Of a stretch of DNA of 64,000 nucleotides, positions 46,668 through 55,936 are shown one piece after another. Position 1 is the stretch's first letter. Every line of letters begins with the position of its first letter. This stretch comes from a virus, in the IMG/VR virus record IMGVR_UViG_3300000976_000009, positions 289,144-353,143 of that record; one strand, 5' to 3'. The notes under the pieces were generated by a model. That model was not told the DNA's origin. It worked only from the letters and a program-made list of their open reading frames with translations, and ran no database searches. The translations under genes and the position numbers were made by a program.

Positions 46668-47742
46668 AGTTGATGAGGTTTATCAAAATTTACTTAAAGA
46701 CATTTTAGAAAACGGTACTCGTAAAAGTGATAGAACTGGAACAGGTACCGTTTCTGTCTTTGGTAGGCAAATTAGATTTAATATGGGTGATGGATTCCCA
46801 ATGTTAACTACAAAGAAAATGTTTATGAAGGGGGTCACTACCGAACTATTATGGTTTTTGAGTGGTGAAACTAATATTAAACCTTTGGTTGAACAAGGTA
46901 ACATGATTTGGGTTGGTGATGCTTATAAGAAATATTGTAATCAGCCTAATTTTTTAGGTCATGAAGATATACCAGATAAAGAATGGTTTATTAATGAAAT
47001 TAAAACTAATCAATCATTTGCAGATAAGTTTGGTGAATTAGGACCTGTTTATGGTAAACAATGGGTCGATTGGGGTGGTTACGAAATAAATTCTGGGGAA
47101 GCAATTGAAGGTTTGAATAAAGGTATTAATCAAATCCAAAACATTATTGATACATTAAAAGCAAATCCAACATCTAGAAGGATTATGGTTAATGCATGGA
47201 ACCCATCAGATATTGATAAAATGACCTTACCACCATGTCATTATGGTTTTCAATTTAATACTGTTGAATTAACTAATGAAGAACGTGAAAAATTATACGT
47301 AAAGCATTGTATGGAAAATAATTGGGTGTTACACATTGGTAGGGGGATGACTAGAACCGAACCATTTGTAATGAAAGATTCATATGAATCGGATTACATA
47401 AGGGCTGAAATACCAAAACATAAGTTATCTTTAATGTGGAACCAACGTTCAGTTGACACATTTTTAGGGTTACCATTTAATATCACTAGTTATGCATTAT
47501 TACTACATATGGTTGCACAACAAGTTAATATGGTACCACATGAATTAATTGGTTCACTTGGTGATACACACTTATATTCGAACCATATGGAGCAAGTTGA
47601 TGAATTATTATCTAGGGAACCAATGGAATTACCTACTTTATACCTTAAAAAAGCAGATAGTATTTTTAATTATTCATATGATGATATTAATATTATGAAC
47701 TATTCTTCACATCCAACAATTAAAGCACCACTTTCAAATTAA
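46660..47742 (+). CDS. thyA: thymidylate synthase
   Basis: DRTGTGT, LPPCH, QRSVD.FLGLPFN, HLY.NH. Confidence 0.96.
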   Translation: MAKVDEVYQNLLKDILENGTRKSDRTGTGTVSVFGRQIRFNMGDGFPMLTTKKMFMKGVTTELLWFLSGETNIKPLVEQGNMIWVGDAYKKYCNQPNFLGHEDIPDKEWFINEIKTNQSFADKFGELGPVYGKQWVDWGGYEINSGEAIEGLNKGINQIQNIIDTLKANPTSRRIMVNAWNPSDIDKMTLPPCHYGFQFNTVELTNEEREKLYVKHCMENNWVLHIGRGMTRTEPFVMKDSYESDYIRAEIPKHKLSLMWNQRSVDTFLGLPFNITSYALLLHMVAQQVNMVPHELIGSLGDTHLYSNHMEQVDELLSREPMELPTLYLKKADSIFNYSYDDINIMNYSSHPTIKAPLSN

Positions 47743-47773
47743 TTTAGGTATTTATTATACTAAACGAAAGGTA

Positions 47774-47959
47774 ATGAAATTAGACAAGGGTATTAGTAAA
47801 TCAGTTCAGAAGGAAATTGATGCTTTAATTGAAAAAGATAATCAACATAGACTGGAGGTTTATGCTAGATTTAGAAGATTACGTAAATACAAACGTGAGA
47901 AAAAATATTCTGAGATGCGAATGTTTCATTCTATCATCGGATGTGTGAAGTGTTATTAA
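47774..47959 (+). CDS. hypothetical protein
   Basis: TATTTAT upstream. Confidence 0.5.
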   Translation: MKLDKGISKSVQKEIDALIEKDNQHRLEVYARFRRLRKYKREKKYSEMRMFHSIIGCVKCY

Positions 47960-47960
47960 T

Positions 47961-47989
47961 AAAAAAAGCGACCATTGGTCGCTTTTTTT
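47961..47989. terminator. bidirectional terminator
   Basis: A7-GCGACC-ATT-GGTCGC-T7. Confidence 0.85.
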
Positions 47990-47994
47990 ATTAA

Positions 47995-48237
47995 TTAAAG
48001 TTTAGTACTTCCTTGATATACATTGATTGGTGAACCTAATAATACTGCACTGTTTGCTGGTCCACTAATTGTTTTAACAACTACTTGTAATCTAGTATTT
48101 GGTGAAACTGAAACGCTTTCATCATTTATCACTAATGTTGCACTTGTTAATGCAACAATTTCATGATACACATATTCATTCAAATCTATTGTTGAAATAT
48201 CGTGTATGATTGTATTAATTTTATTTACGTACGACAT
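47995..48237 (-). CDS. hypothetical protein, paralog of 48345-48701
   Basis: identical MSYVNKINT start, LLGSPI. Confidence 0.7.
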   Translation of the reverse strand: MSYVNKINTIIHDISTIDLNEYVYHEIVALTSATLVINDESVSVSPNTRLQVVVKTISGPANSAVLLGSPINVYQGSTKL

Positions 48238-48370
48238 AATTGGTTGATATTATTTCATTGTTATTCATTAATAAATATTCGTTTTTTCGGTAATCCCTTA
48301 TTTATTATAAATTAATTTATATTTATTGTTATAAACAATTGATTATGTCGTACGTAAATAAAATTAATAC
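48212..48370. repeat. 29-bp perfect inverted repeat
   Basis: 48212-48240 versus 48342-48370. Confidence 0.9.
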
Positions 48371-48701
48371 GGTTATACATAGGTTTGATAATAGCGATTC
48401 AAGTAAGTTTTTATATCGTCAAATTTATGCTGATACTACTACTACTATTACTATTGATGGTAATAGTGTTGAAATATTAGGTGGTGAAAACCCAATTAAT
48501 TTTAGGGGTAAGGTTATTGTCCCTAATGATACGATAGTTTATTTGTTAGGTTCACCAATTATATCGAGTCCAACAAATATAGGTAGTATTTCAACTAATG
48601 TAATAATTGATGATGTAATTGATGATATAATTGATGAAGGTTTAAGTTCAGAAGATAATATTGTGATTACAACCGAAAATGGTCTTGTAATTATACCTTA
48701 A
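48345..48701 (+). CDS. hypothetical virion-associated protein
   Basis: paralog of 47995-48237, directly upstream of the fibre gene. Confidence 0.7.
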   Translation: MSYVNKINTVIHRFDNSDSSKFLYRQIYADTTTTITIDGNSVEILGGENPINFRGKVIVPNDTIVYLLGSPIISSPTNIGSISTNVIIDDVIDDIIDEGLSSEDNIVITTENGLVIIP

Positions 48702-48713
48702 ATTAAAAATGAT

Positions 48714-49631
48714 ATGAAAGTTAAAATTAGTGAATTACCTATTGCAACAGAAAAAAACAATAGTATAATCCCAATAGTACAAAGCGGTGTTACGAAACAA
48801 TTAGATATTAATATATTACAATCTGGTGTTGCATCAGATTTATTAATTGGTCAATTATTCTGGGATACGAATAATAACCCTATCAATGGTAAATTATTTG
48901 CTGGTGAAACTTACAATTGGGGTGATAATCCGAAATTACAAACTAAATTCAATGCACAAGGTCATGATTTTATAGTTGATAATGGTAATGGTACATTTAC
49001 TATTGTTTCACATAGTGATTTTATTAGAGCTGGGATAAATAATATTGGTACCCATGTTGATGATACTACAGCCCCTAATGGGTTACAAGTTAGATATACT
49101 AGACCTAATAACCCACAACCAGATATGGTTGGTGGTGGAGGTAATGGTGTTAGATTTGTTCAAAATAATATTTTAGCATCAGTAACATCTACCGATTCTG
49201 AAACTGCTCCAGACCATAGAAATGCTTATTTTGGTATTTATGGTGATTTAACTGAATTAGTTGTTGATACTAATAATGTCCCAATAAATAATACTGGAGT
49301 TAGTGATGGTGATGTTTTAACTTGGAATGCATCAAATAGTAGATATGAACCAAATAGTGTCACTACAAGTACTTCAAATGATATTCAAGTAGGGGTGGTA
49401 CCACCACCAAATAATGCTGGTAATGGAACAGACCTTAAAACGGTTACATTTAGTAGTCCTTTTAATAGTGTTCCAGTAGTAACTGCAACTGGATTTCTAA
49501 GTAATGGTCAAGGTGTTTTAATAACAATAAACAGTGTGAGTGCTACAAATTTCACCTATTATGCACACAGAAATGACGGTATACCTTTTAGTAATTACGC
49601 TGGTCTACAATGGACTGCAATTAATGTATAA
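48714..49631 (+). CDS. fibre/adhesin-like protein with C-terminal H-type-lectin-like domain
   Basis: KISELP start, DGDVLTWN, VTFSSPFNSVPVV..W.A. Confidence 0.65.
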   Translation: MKVKISELPIATEKNNSIIPIVQSGVTKQLDINILQSGVASDLLIGQLFWDTNNNPINGKLFAGETYNWGDNPKLQTKFNAQGHDFIVDNGNGTFTIVSHSDFIRAGINNIGTHVDDTTAPNGLQVRYTRPNNPQPDMVGGGGNGVRFVQNNILASVTSTDSETAPDHRNAYFGIYGDLTELVVDTNNVPINNTGVSDGDVLTWNASNSRYEPNSVTTSTSNDIQVGVVPPPNNAGNGTDLKTVTFSSPFNSVPVVTATGFLSNGQGVLITINSVSATNFTYYAHRNDGIPFSNYAGLQWTAINV

Positions 49632-49722
49632 ATAAGGGGATATCACTTATAATTTACTTAAAAGCCTTCAATTTTGACTTTTAACAAATAAAGAATATAT
49701 TTATTAATAAAATCGATTTAAT

Positions 49723-50538
49723 ATGAAAACAAATAATAAAATTAACCCAACAGGTCTTAAAGGTAACCAAGTATTAGACCGTATGAGAGAATTGATGGGA
49801 ACAACCATTAACGAATCAACTAGTAATTCAGTTGTTGAGCTTACTAAAATAGCACCAAATGGTGTAGTGTATGGTATTGTTAGAGAAAATCATGAATATT
49901 ATATTAAAACTTCTGAAAAGAAAAGTGGTTTAATAAATGAAGACTTTCAATATATTGGTGGTCTTAAAAACAAAAAAAGTGAAGCATATCCAACATATGC
50001 AAAAGCAATTAAGCAACTTAATCTTAAATTTTTAAGTATCAACGAGTCATTCGGTGGTGATAAGGTTAATGTTTTCAAAAACGATAATCTAATGGAAGCA
50101 AGTGCTGGTGGTGTTGGTTTTGTAGGTGAAATGGAAGAATCTAATTATGATATTGACAATGTAACATCTGGAGATAATTTAGATGGTGACTTTGATAAAG
50201 ACCCGATTGCTAGTTCTACTAATCAAGGTAAAAAGAAAGCTGGTGAACAAGGTCATGATACGGAAATCATGAAAGAAGATGTTGAGTTATCAGAGGATGA
50301 ATCAGCAATAGATAGAATGATTACTGGTGAATCACTTGACCCAGTTGGAGATGAGGATTGTGATGTGGATAATGATGGTGATTCTGATGAATCAGACGAT
50401 TATCTTATTAATAAAAGACTTAAAATAGGTAAAGCTTTATCTATTGAAGAGAGTGAAGACAAGTTATCACAAATGGTTAATGCAATGTCTGACACAGAAA
50501 TTAAAGCTTTACAAGAAGCTTTAAAAAAAAAAGTCTAA
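49723..50538 (+). CDS. head-associated protein, N-terminal part of a -1 frameshift fusion
   Basis: TATTTAT upstream; ends in an A10 tract. Confidence 0.7.
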   Translation: MKTNNKINPTGLKGNQVLDRMRELMGTTINESTSNSVVELTKIAPNGVVYGIVRENHEYYIKTSEKKSGLINEDFQYIGGLKNKKSEAYPTYAKAIKQLNLKFLSINESFGGDKVNVFKNDNLMEASAGGVGFVGEMEESNYDIDNVTSGDNLDGDFDKDPIASSTNQGKKKAGEQGHDTEIMKEDVELSEDESAIDRMITGESLDPVGDEDCDVDNDGDSDESDDYLINKRLKIGKALSIEESEDKLSQMVNAMSDTEIKALQEALKKKV

Positions 50539-50558
50539 CTGAAACTAGACATGACGGT

Positions 50559-51683
50559 ATGTCTACTGGCTTGTTTGCAGACGAGGAAGGTGGATATAAT
50601 CTAGATGAAGTAGAAAGTATAGAAGAAACAAAATTCAAATTGAAGGTTCCAAACTCGGAGCCTTCTACTGATGATTCCCTAGATGGTTTAGAAGATTTCG
50701 GAGATGAAAGTGACGAGAATTTCGGTGCTGGTGATTTCAATGGTGATGAACCATCAAACGATAAACCATTTGATGATGAGCCGTTCGAAGCTGGCGTAGA
50801 TGCTGATGAGGAATCCGACCCAAAAACATTTATTCAACAATTAGCTGGTAAGCTTGGTCAATCGCTTAGAGCATATAGTGATGAGCAAGGTCAACCCGAT
50901 TTCGATTTAGAGAAATTTGCAGTTAATTCAGTATTATCAGCTACCCATACTGGGCAAATGGATGATAATGACCAATCAGATATTATTAAGAAAGTTAAAT
51001 CATCTGGCAATGATGGTGGGGATATTGATGTAAATGTTGATGTTGATACTGATGGTGAAGGTGGTGATGTAAATGTTGATACCGATAATGAAGAATCACA
51101 AGATAGTGATATGGACTTCGGTGATGTTGAAGAAGGGAATTTTAACTTAGGTGAGGGAAAAACACCACATGAATCTTTGGATAATTCAGAAAAAAAGCCT
51201 ATCTTTGTCACTAAAGACAAGATTATGGACAAGTTAAATGAAGTGGGTGAAGTAGAACCATCGGTTAAACCAAAGACTAAACCAAAGACTAAACCTACCG
51301 TTAAACCAACTAGAAGACAAAAGCCTTTTAGACCGACAATACAACCAAAAGTAGAACCAAAAGCTAATTCTACTAATGATGGTGTGTTACATGAGAGTGA
51401 GGGCTCACACGGTAAAATCATTGATACCAAATTTTTAGATGATAAAACAGCAATCATTACTGTTGCTTTAAATGATGCAGAAATTGATTTGAAGTTTGAA
51501 AATACTGGTGATAAGGTTAATGGTGAAGAACTTGACGGACCTCTCAAATTTACTTATGAATCTGTTAATTCACCAGACAACAATACTTACACAGTTAATG
51601 TTGAATTTTTTGGTGATGAAGAAGCTGGATTTAAATTAGATGGTATAAATGACGATTATATTGAAAAGACCAATAATGGATAA
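50559..51683 (+). CDS. acidic head-associated protein with PKTK repeats
   Basis: D/E-rich; frame open from the A-tract at 50523. Confidence 0.7.
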   Translation: MSTGLFADEEGGYNLDEVESIEETKFKLKVPNSEPSTDDSLDGLEDFGDESDENFGAGDFNGDEPSNDKPFDDEPFEAGVDADEESDPKTFIQQLAGKLGQSLRAYSDEQGQPDFDLEKFAVNSVLSATHTGQMDDNDQSDIIKKVKSSGNDGGDIDVNVDVDTDGEGGDVNVDTDNEESQDSDMDFGDVEEGNFNLGEGKTPHESLDNSEKKPIFVTKDKIMDKLNEVGEVEPSVKPKTKPKTKPTVKPTRRQKPFRPTIQPKVEPKANSTNDGVLHESEGSHGKIIDTKFLDDKTAIITVALNDAEIDLKFENTGDKVNGEELDGPLKFTYESVNSPDNNTYTVNVEFFGDEEAGFKLDGINDDYIEKTNNG

Positions 51684-52116
51684 GGAAGGGTTATTTTTAA
51701 TATATGTAAATGTTTTAGGTAGTGATTGGAAAGATGAGAACAATTATGAATTTATTTTTTCCGACACTATAGAAAATGTTGATGGTGAAGATTGGGATAT
51801 ATACCCCGCTTCTGGACAACCGAGTCCACCTAGAAAAAATTTAGTTAAAGCGGTAGGTGTTTTATCAACTAAATTAACATTTCAAGTGGTTCAAGATAGT
51901 GATACATTTGCTGTTTGGGATGCATTGGATGATGTCACACCATTAGCTTTTGAAGATATTTCAGAATATGATGAATACCCAGAACGTAGATTAGTATTTA
52001 AGTTTGGGGAACCAATAAAGTCTGTTGAGGACTCTCTATACGAAAAAGATTTCGTATTAGAATATAAAGTTAAAAACAATGAACCAAAAAAAGAAGATAT
52101 CAAAAGTACTGAGTGA
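51676..52116 (+). CDS. hypothetical protein
   Basis: ORF in the late operon. Confidence 0.75.
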   Translation: MDKEGLFLIYVNVLGSDWKDENNYEFIFSDTIENVDGEDWDIYPASGQPSPPRKNLVKAVGVLSTKLTFQVVQDSDTFAVWDALDDVTPLAFEDISEYDEYPERRLVFKFGEPIKSVEDSLYEKDFVLEYKVKNNEPKKEDIKSTE

Positions 52117-52519
52117 GATGGATAACCAGAAACACGTAGTTATGACTTCCGATAAATATAAAGAGATGGAGGATGAATTAGATGATAACGCAATTGTTAA
52201 AATTGTTGATGAAGATAATTCAGTAGAAAATGATGAACAAGTTAATGTGCCTAAATTACAAGCCGATGTTCAAAGATTTATGGATAAATTAAATTTAGGA
52301 CAATTTGAAGCAATTATTAAGAAGATTGATAAACCAGTTGAAAAAGCTGAATTAATAGCTGCATTTGCAGAAAGAATTGGTGTGCCAAGAAATAAATTAG
52401 CGGTAGTTTTATCTTCATTAAAAGCTATAAGTAAAGAAACACAAGGTCAACAAGAAACTACAAGAGCAAGAATGAAGAAATCAGACTTAGTAGAACATGT
52501 ATTAAAAACTAAAAAATAA
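52079..52519 (+). CDS. hypothetical protein
   Basis: ORF in the late operon. Confidence 0.75.
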   Translation: MNQKKKISKVLSEMDNQKHVVMTSDKYKEMEDELDDNAIVKIVDEDNSVENDEQVNVPKLQADVQRFMDKLNLGQFEAIIKKIDKPVEKAELIAAFAERIGVPRNKLAVVLSSLKAISKETQGQQETTRARMKKSDLVEHVLKTKK

Positions 52520-53745
52520 TGGGTAGATTAGAAGATATAGCAAAAAGGGCTTTAGAGAAAGCAATGGCTAAAGGGCAACCTATAACACCAATTAATGAGG
52601 GTAGGATTGTATATGAAGAAGGGCATGCTGAAAGGATGCACCCTAATTTAGTTAAACAATTAAGGGAAAGAAACCACACACTTGGTACACACCCTATATT
52701 CCCAGATAGTGATGAGTCACATTTTGAAGAAAAGATTATGTCTAAAAGATTTGGTGATGTACTTAAAAACTATAAAAGACAATTTGATTCAGAAACTGCT
52801 GACCCAATGGATGCCGTTAGAAATATGATGCCGTTAATTAGTGATTGTATGAAGTTAGAGGATTCTTCTAAAGAAGATTTACAGGAACTAGCAATTAAAA
52901 TGGTTAGAAAAGAATATGATATGGGTGAAGATGATGTTGAAATTATTGCTGAACTTAAAAGACATATTGATATCGAGGGTGTTCGAAAAAACCCATCACC
53001 AGTTAGAATTGAAAGTATGGAATTTGATAACCACGATAGTGTTGCATCTGCAAATGGTGAAGTATATAAAAGAAGGTTTATTAATGCCATGACTCAAGGT
53101 GCGGCTAAGAAAGGTCACCATATGTTTCATTTAGCTGAAAAAGAACTATTAGGGATTAACCCAACTTTACCAAATAAATATGCTAAAATGATGGCTGCTG
53201 CTGATTATGGTTATTTAACTATGGATGATAGTATGCCTAGAGAAGCTGGTGGTGTTGTTAAGATTGAATTTGTTGATGGTAAACCAGTTATACATGCACA
53301 AGCTGTTGTATTTCCAGTATTGATTCATGAATTAGTTAAGGGTGTTATGGAAATTTTATCTATGCATGGGTTACCAGAAGACCAAAAACTAACTGAATAT
53401 GTCTTAGGTAAAGCTGATTATATTAATGCTGAGCCTTGGGATATGAGGATGGGTGCACCAATATGGGAAAGGTTTACTGAATGTATAGACCCAAAAGATT
53501 TTGATAAAAAGCACCACATTTATACTGACCTTGTTGCATTACCAACAGAAGAATTTAACCACACAATGAGAGAAATTATGTTGGGGTCAAAAGAAGGTAA
53601 GAATAAAATTAAAGAAATAGTAAAAGAAATTGATGCTGATATGCAAAGAGACGATTACGAAGCTTCTATGAATGAGATGAATAATGATGATGATTCATAT
53701 GGGTATGATGACCTAGATGATATTGATTTATCTGGTTTACTTTAA
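52519..53745 (+). CDS. hypothetical late protein
   Basis: 408 aa, LIHELVKG motif. Confidence 0.8.
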   Translation: MGRLEDIAKRALEKAMAKGQPITPINEGRIVYEEGHAERMHPNLVKQLRERNHTLGTHPIFPDSDESHFEEKIMSKRFGDVLKNYKRQFDSETADPMDAVRNMMPLISDCMKLEDSSKEDLQELAIKMVRKEYDMGEDDVEIIAELKRHIDIEGVRKNPSPVRIESMEFDNHDSVASANGEVYKRRFINAMTQGAAKKGHHMFHLAEKELLGINPTLPNKYAKMMAAADYGYLTMDDSMPREAGGVVKIEFVDGKPVIHAQAVVFPVLIHELVKGVMEILSMHGLPEDQKLTEYVLGKADYINAEPWDMRMGAPIWERFTECIDPKDFDKKHHIYTDLVALPTEEFNHTMREIMLGSKEGKNKIKEIVKEIDADMQRDDYEASMNEMNNDDDSYGYDDLDDIDLSGLL

Positions 53746-53832
53746 TTAGATACATAATATTACTAAAAAGCTCCATTCGTGGGGCTTTTTCTGTTTTTGG
53801 GCTGTTCTAGCATATTTATTATAAAAAAACAT

Positions 53833-55638
53833 ATGTTAACAGCACAAGAAATAATGAAGGAATATGTGTCGTGTTTACAAGACCCAATATATGCGATTGA
53901 ATCGTATTTGGAAACTTTTGATAAAACACAAGAAGGTTTTGTACCATTTAAATTATTCCCGAAACAAAAAGAAATAATATCTGCATATAAAGAACATAGG
54001 TTTAATATTGCAGTCAAGCCTAGACAAGCTGGTGTATCGACTACTACCGCAGCTTATCTAGCAATTCAAGTTGGTTTTGCTGATAAAGATAATCCAGAGG
54101 CAATGTTGATTCTTGCGAATAAACAAGATATGGCGCAAGAATTCTTATCTAAAGTAAAAGATTTTTTACAACAATTACCAAGATGGGTATGGGGTTCTGA
54201 TTATTATGGTTCTCCAGAAAAAGAAGCTAAAAGTATTTTCCTTACTGAATCAAAAAAAGAACTTAAATTACCAAATAATTCTAGAGTAAAAGCTGTTGCG
54301 ACATCTAAAGATGCATTAAGAGGTTATACACCTACTCACTTAGTAATGGATGAAGCCGCATTTATTGATAATGGGGCTATCGTATTTGGTGCTGCATTAA
54401 CAGCACTTGGAACTGGTGGTAGGGCAACACTTATTTCTACTCCAAATGGTATGGATGCGTTGTACTATGAAACATATGAACAAGCAAAAACAAAAGAGAA
54501 TAATTTCAACATTATTGAAATGTACTGGTATGAAGACCCTCGTTATAATAAAGACCTTAGATGGTATAAAGAAATCGAGAATGAAGCTGGTGAAAAAGAG
54601 GAAGTAATGGAACGTGAGATTATCTTTAAAAAAGAATCTTACCAAAAGAGGGTTGATGATGGTTGGAAACCTAGGTCTTTCTGGTATGAGGAAATGTGTA
54701 AAGGTATGAATAATGATGCTCGTATGATTGCACAAGAGCTTGATGTTTCATTTCTAGGTTCTGGTGGTAACGTTATTGCTGATGAACATATAATTCACCA
54801 AGAAAAGTACAATGTTAGGGAACCTAAGTGGGTTGCTGGTAATGATGAAGAGATTTGGATATGGGAACAACCGATTGAAGGTCACAAATATATTATGGGT
54901 GTTGATGTAGCTAGAGGTGATGGTGCTGATTCATCAACTATTGTTGTTTTGGATTTTACAACTATGGAACAAGTAATGGAATATAAAGGTAAAACACCCC
55001 CAGATTTATTAGCACAAGTTGTTGAAGAATATGGTGAAATATATAATGCTATGGCTGTGGTTGATATAGCTGGTGGTATGGGTGTCACAACGGTACTTAA
55101 ATTACTTGAAATTGGATATAATAATCTACATTATGATGATAGAAGTAAAGTATTAGCTAGGAGAAAAGATTTAGAGAAATATTCAAATGGTAGTAATGAT
55201 ATGCCAGGTTTTAATGCAAATGGTGTTCGTTTACCAATGATTGCTAATATGGAGTATATGATTAGGACTGACCAAATTAAAATTAGGTCAAGAAGAATGA
55301 CATCTGAAATGAAAACATTTATTTATAAAAATGGTAGACCAGACCACCAAGAAGGTAAACATGATGATTTACTTATGTCATTAGGTATGGCATTATGGGT
55401 ATTAGAACATTCATTTAAGAAATTAGAAAAAGCAAATAAACAAACTAAAGCTATGTTAGCTGGTTGGGTTATGGTTGGTGATACTGATGATACTGAAAAA
55501 TATCAAGGAAATAATTTTGTACCTAAAAACCAAAGAAATAAGAAATCAATACCAAAACCTAAGTTTTCAGATAACGTGAAAAAAAATATGCAAGACCCAA
55601 ATGGTGATTACATGTGGTTATTTAGTGGGATGAGATAA
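53833..55638 (+). CDS. terminase large subunit (T4 gp17-like)
   Basis: KPRQAGVST, LVMDEAAF, ISTPNG, GVDVARG, HDD. Confidence 0.93.
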   Translation: MLTAQEIMKEYVSCLQDPIYAIESYLETFDKTQEGFVPFKLFPKQKEIISAYKEHRFNIAVKPRQAGVSTTTAAYLAIQVGFADKDNPEAMLILANKQDMAQEFLSKVKDFLQQLPRWVWGSDYYGSPEKEAKSIFLTESKKELKLPNNSRVKAVATSKDALRGYTPTHLVMDEAAFIDNGAIVFGAALTALGTGGRATLISTPNGMDALYYETYEQAKTKENNFNIIEMYWYEDPRYNKDLRWYKEIENEAGEKEEVMEREIIFKKESYQKRVDDGWKPRSFWYEEMCKGMNNDARMIAQELDVSFLGSGGNVIADEHIIHQEKYNVREPKWVAGNDEEIWIWEQPIEGHKYIMGVDVARGDGADSSTIVVLDFTTMEQVMEYKGKTPPDLLAQVVEEYGEIYNAMAVVDIAGGMGVTTVLKLLEIGYNNLHYDDRSKVLARRKDLEKYSNGSNDMPGFNANGVRLPMIANMEYMIRTDQIKIRSRRMTSEMKTFIYKNGRPDHQEGKHDDLLMSLGMALWVLEHSFKKLEKANKQTKAMLAGWVMVGDTDDTEKYQGNNFVPKNQRNKKSIPKPKFSDNVKKNMQDPNGDYMWLFSGMR

Positions 55639-55646
55639 TTATAGTT

Positions 55647-55889
55647 ATGGGATTGAATAAAAATAAAACATTCGTAAGGAAACCGTATGACAAAAGTTTA
55701 TACAAATGGTCTCCAGCTGCTTCTGATAAGAAAGCAAAAAAAATAACCCTAAATGGTAATATTGGGTGTACTGCTGTTCCTAGGTCTCAAGGTGAGGATT
55801 GGATAGTTAGATATATGGGTGAAATCAGTGTTGATGGGAAGGGTCAACAACATAGGTATGCATATGTTGAGTGTGATTATGTGAAATAA
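55647..55889 (+). CDS. hypothetical protein
   Basis: between terminase and portal. Confidence 0.65.
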   Translation: MGLNKNKTFVRKPYDKSLYKWSPAASDKKAKKITLNGNIGCTAVPRSQGEDWIVRYMGEISVDGKGQQHRYAYVECDYVK

Positions 55890-55936
55890 CCTTTAATTTA
55901 ACTAATAAAGGCTTATAATAGAAGAAAAATAGGATT

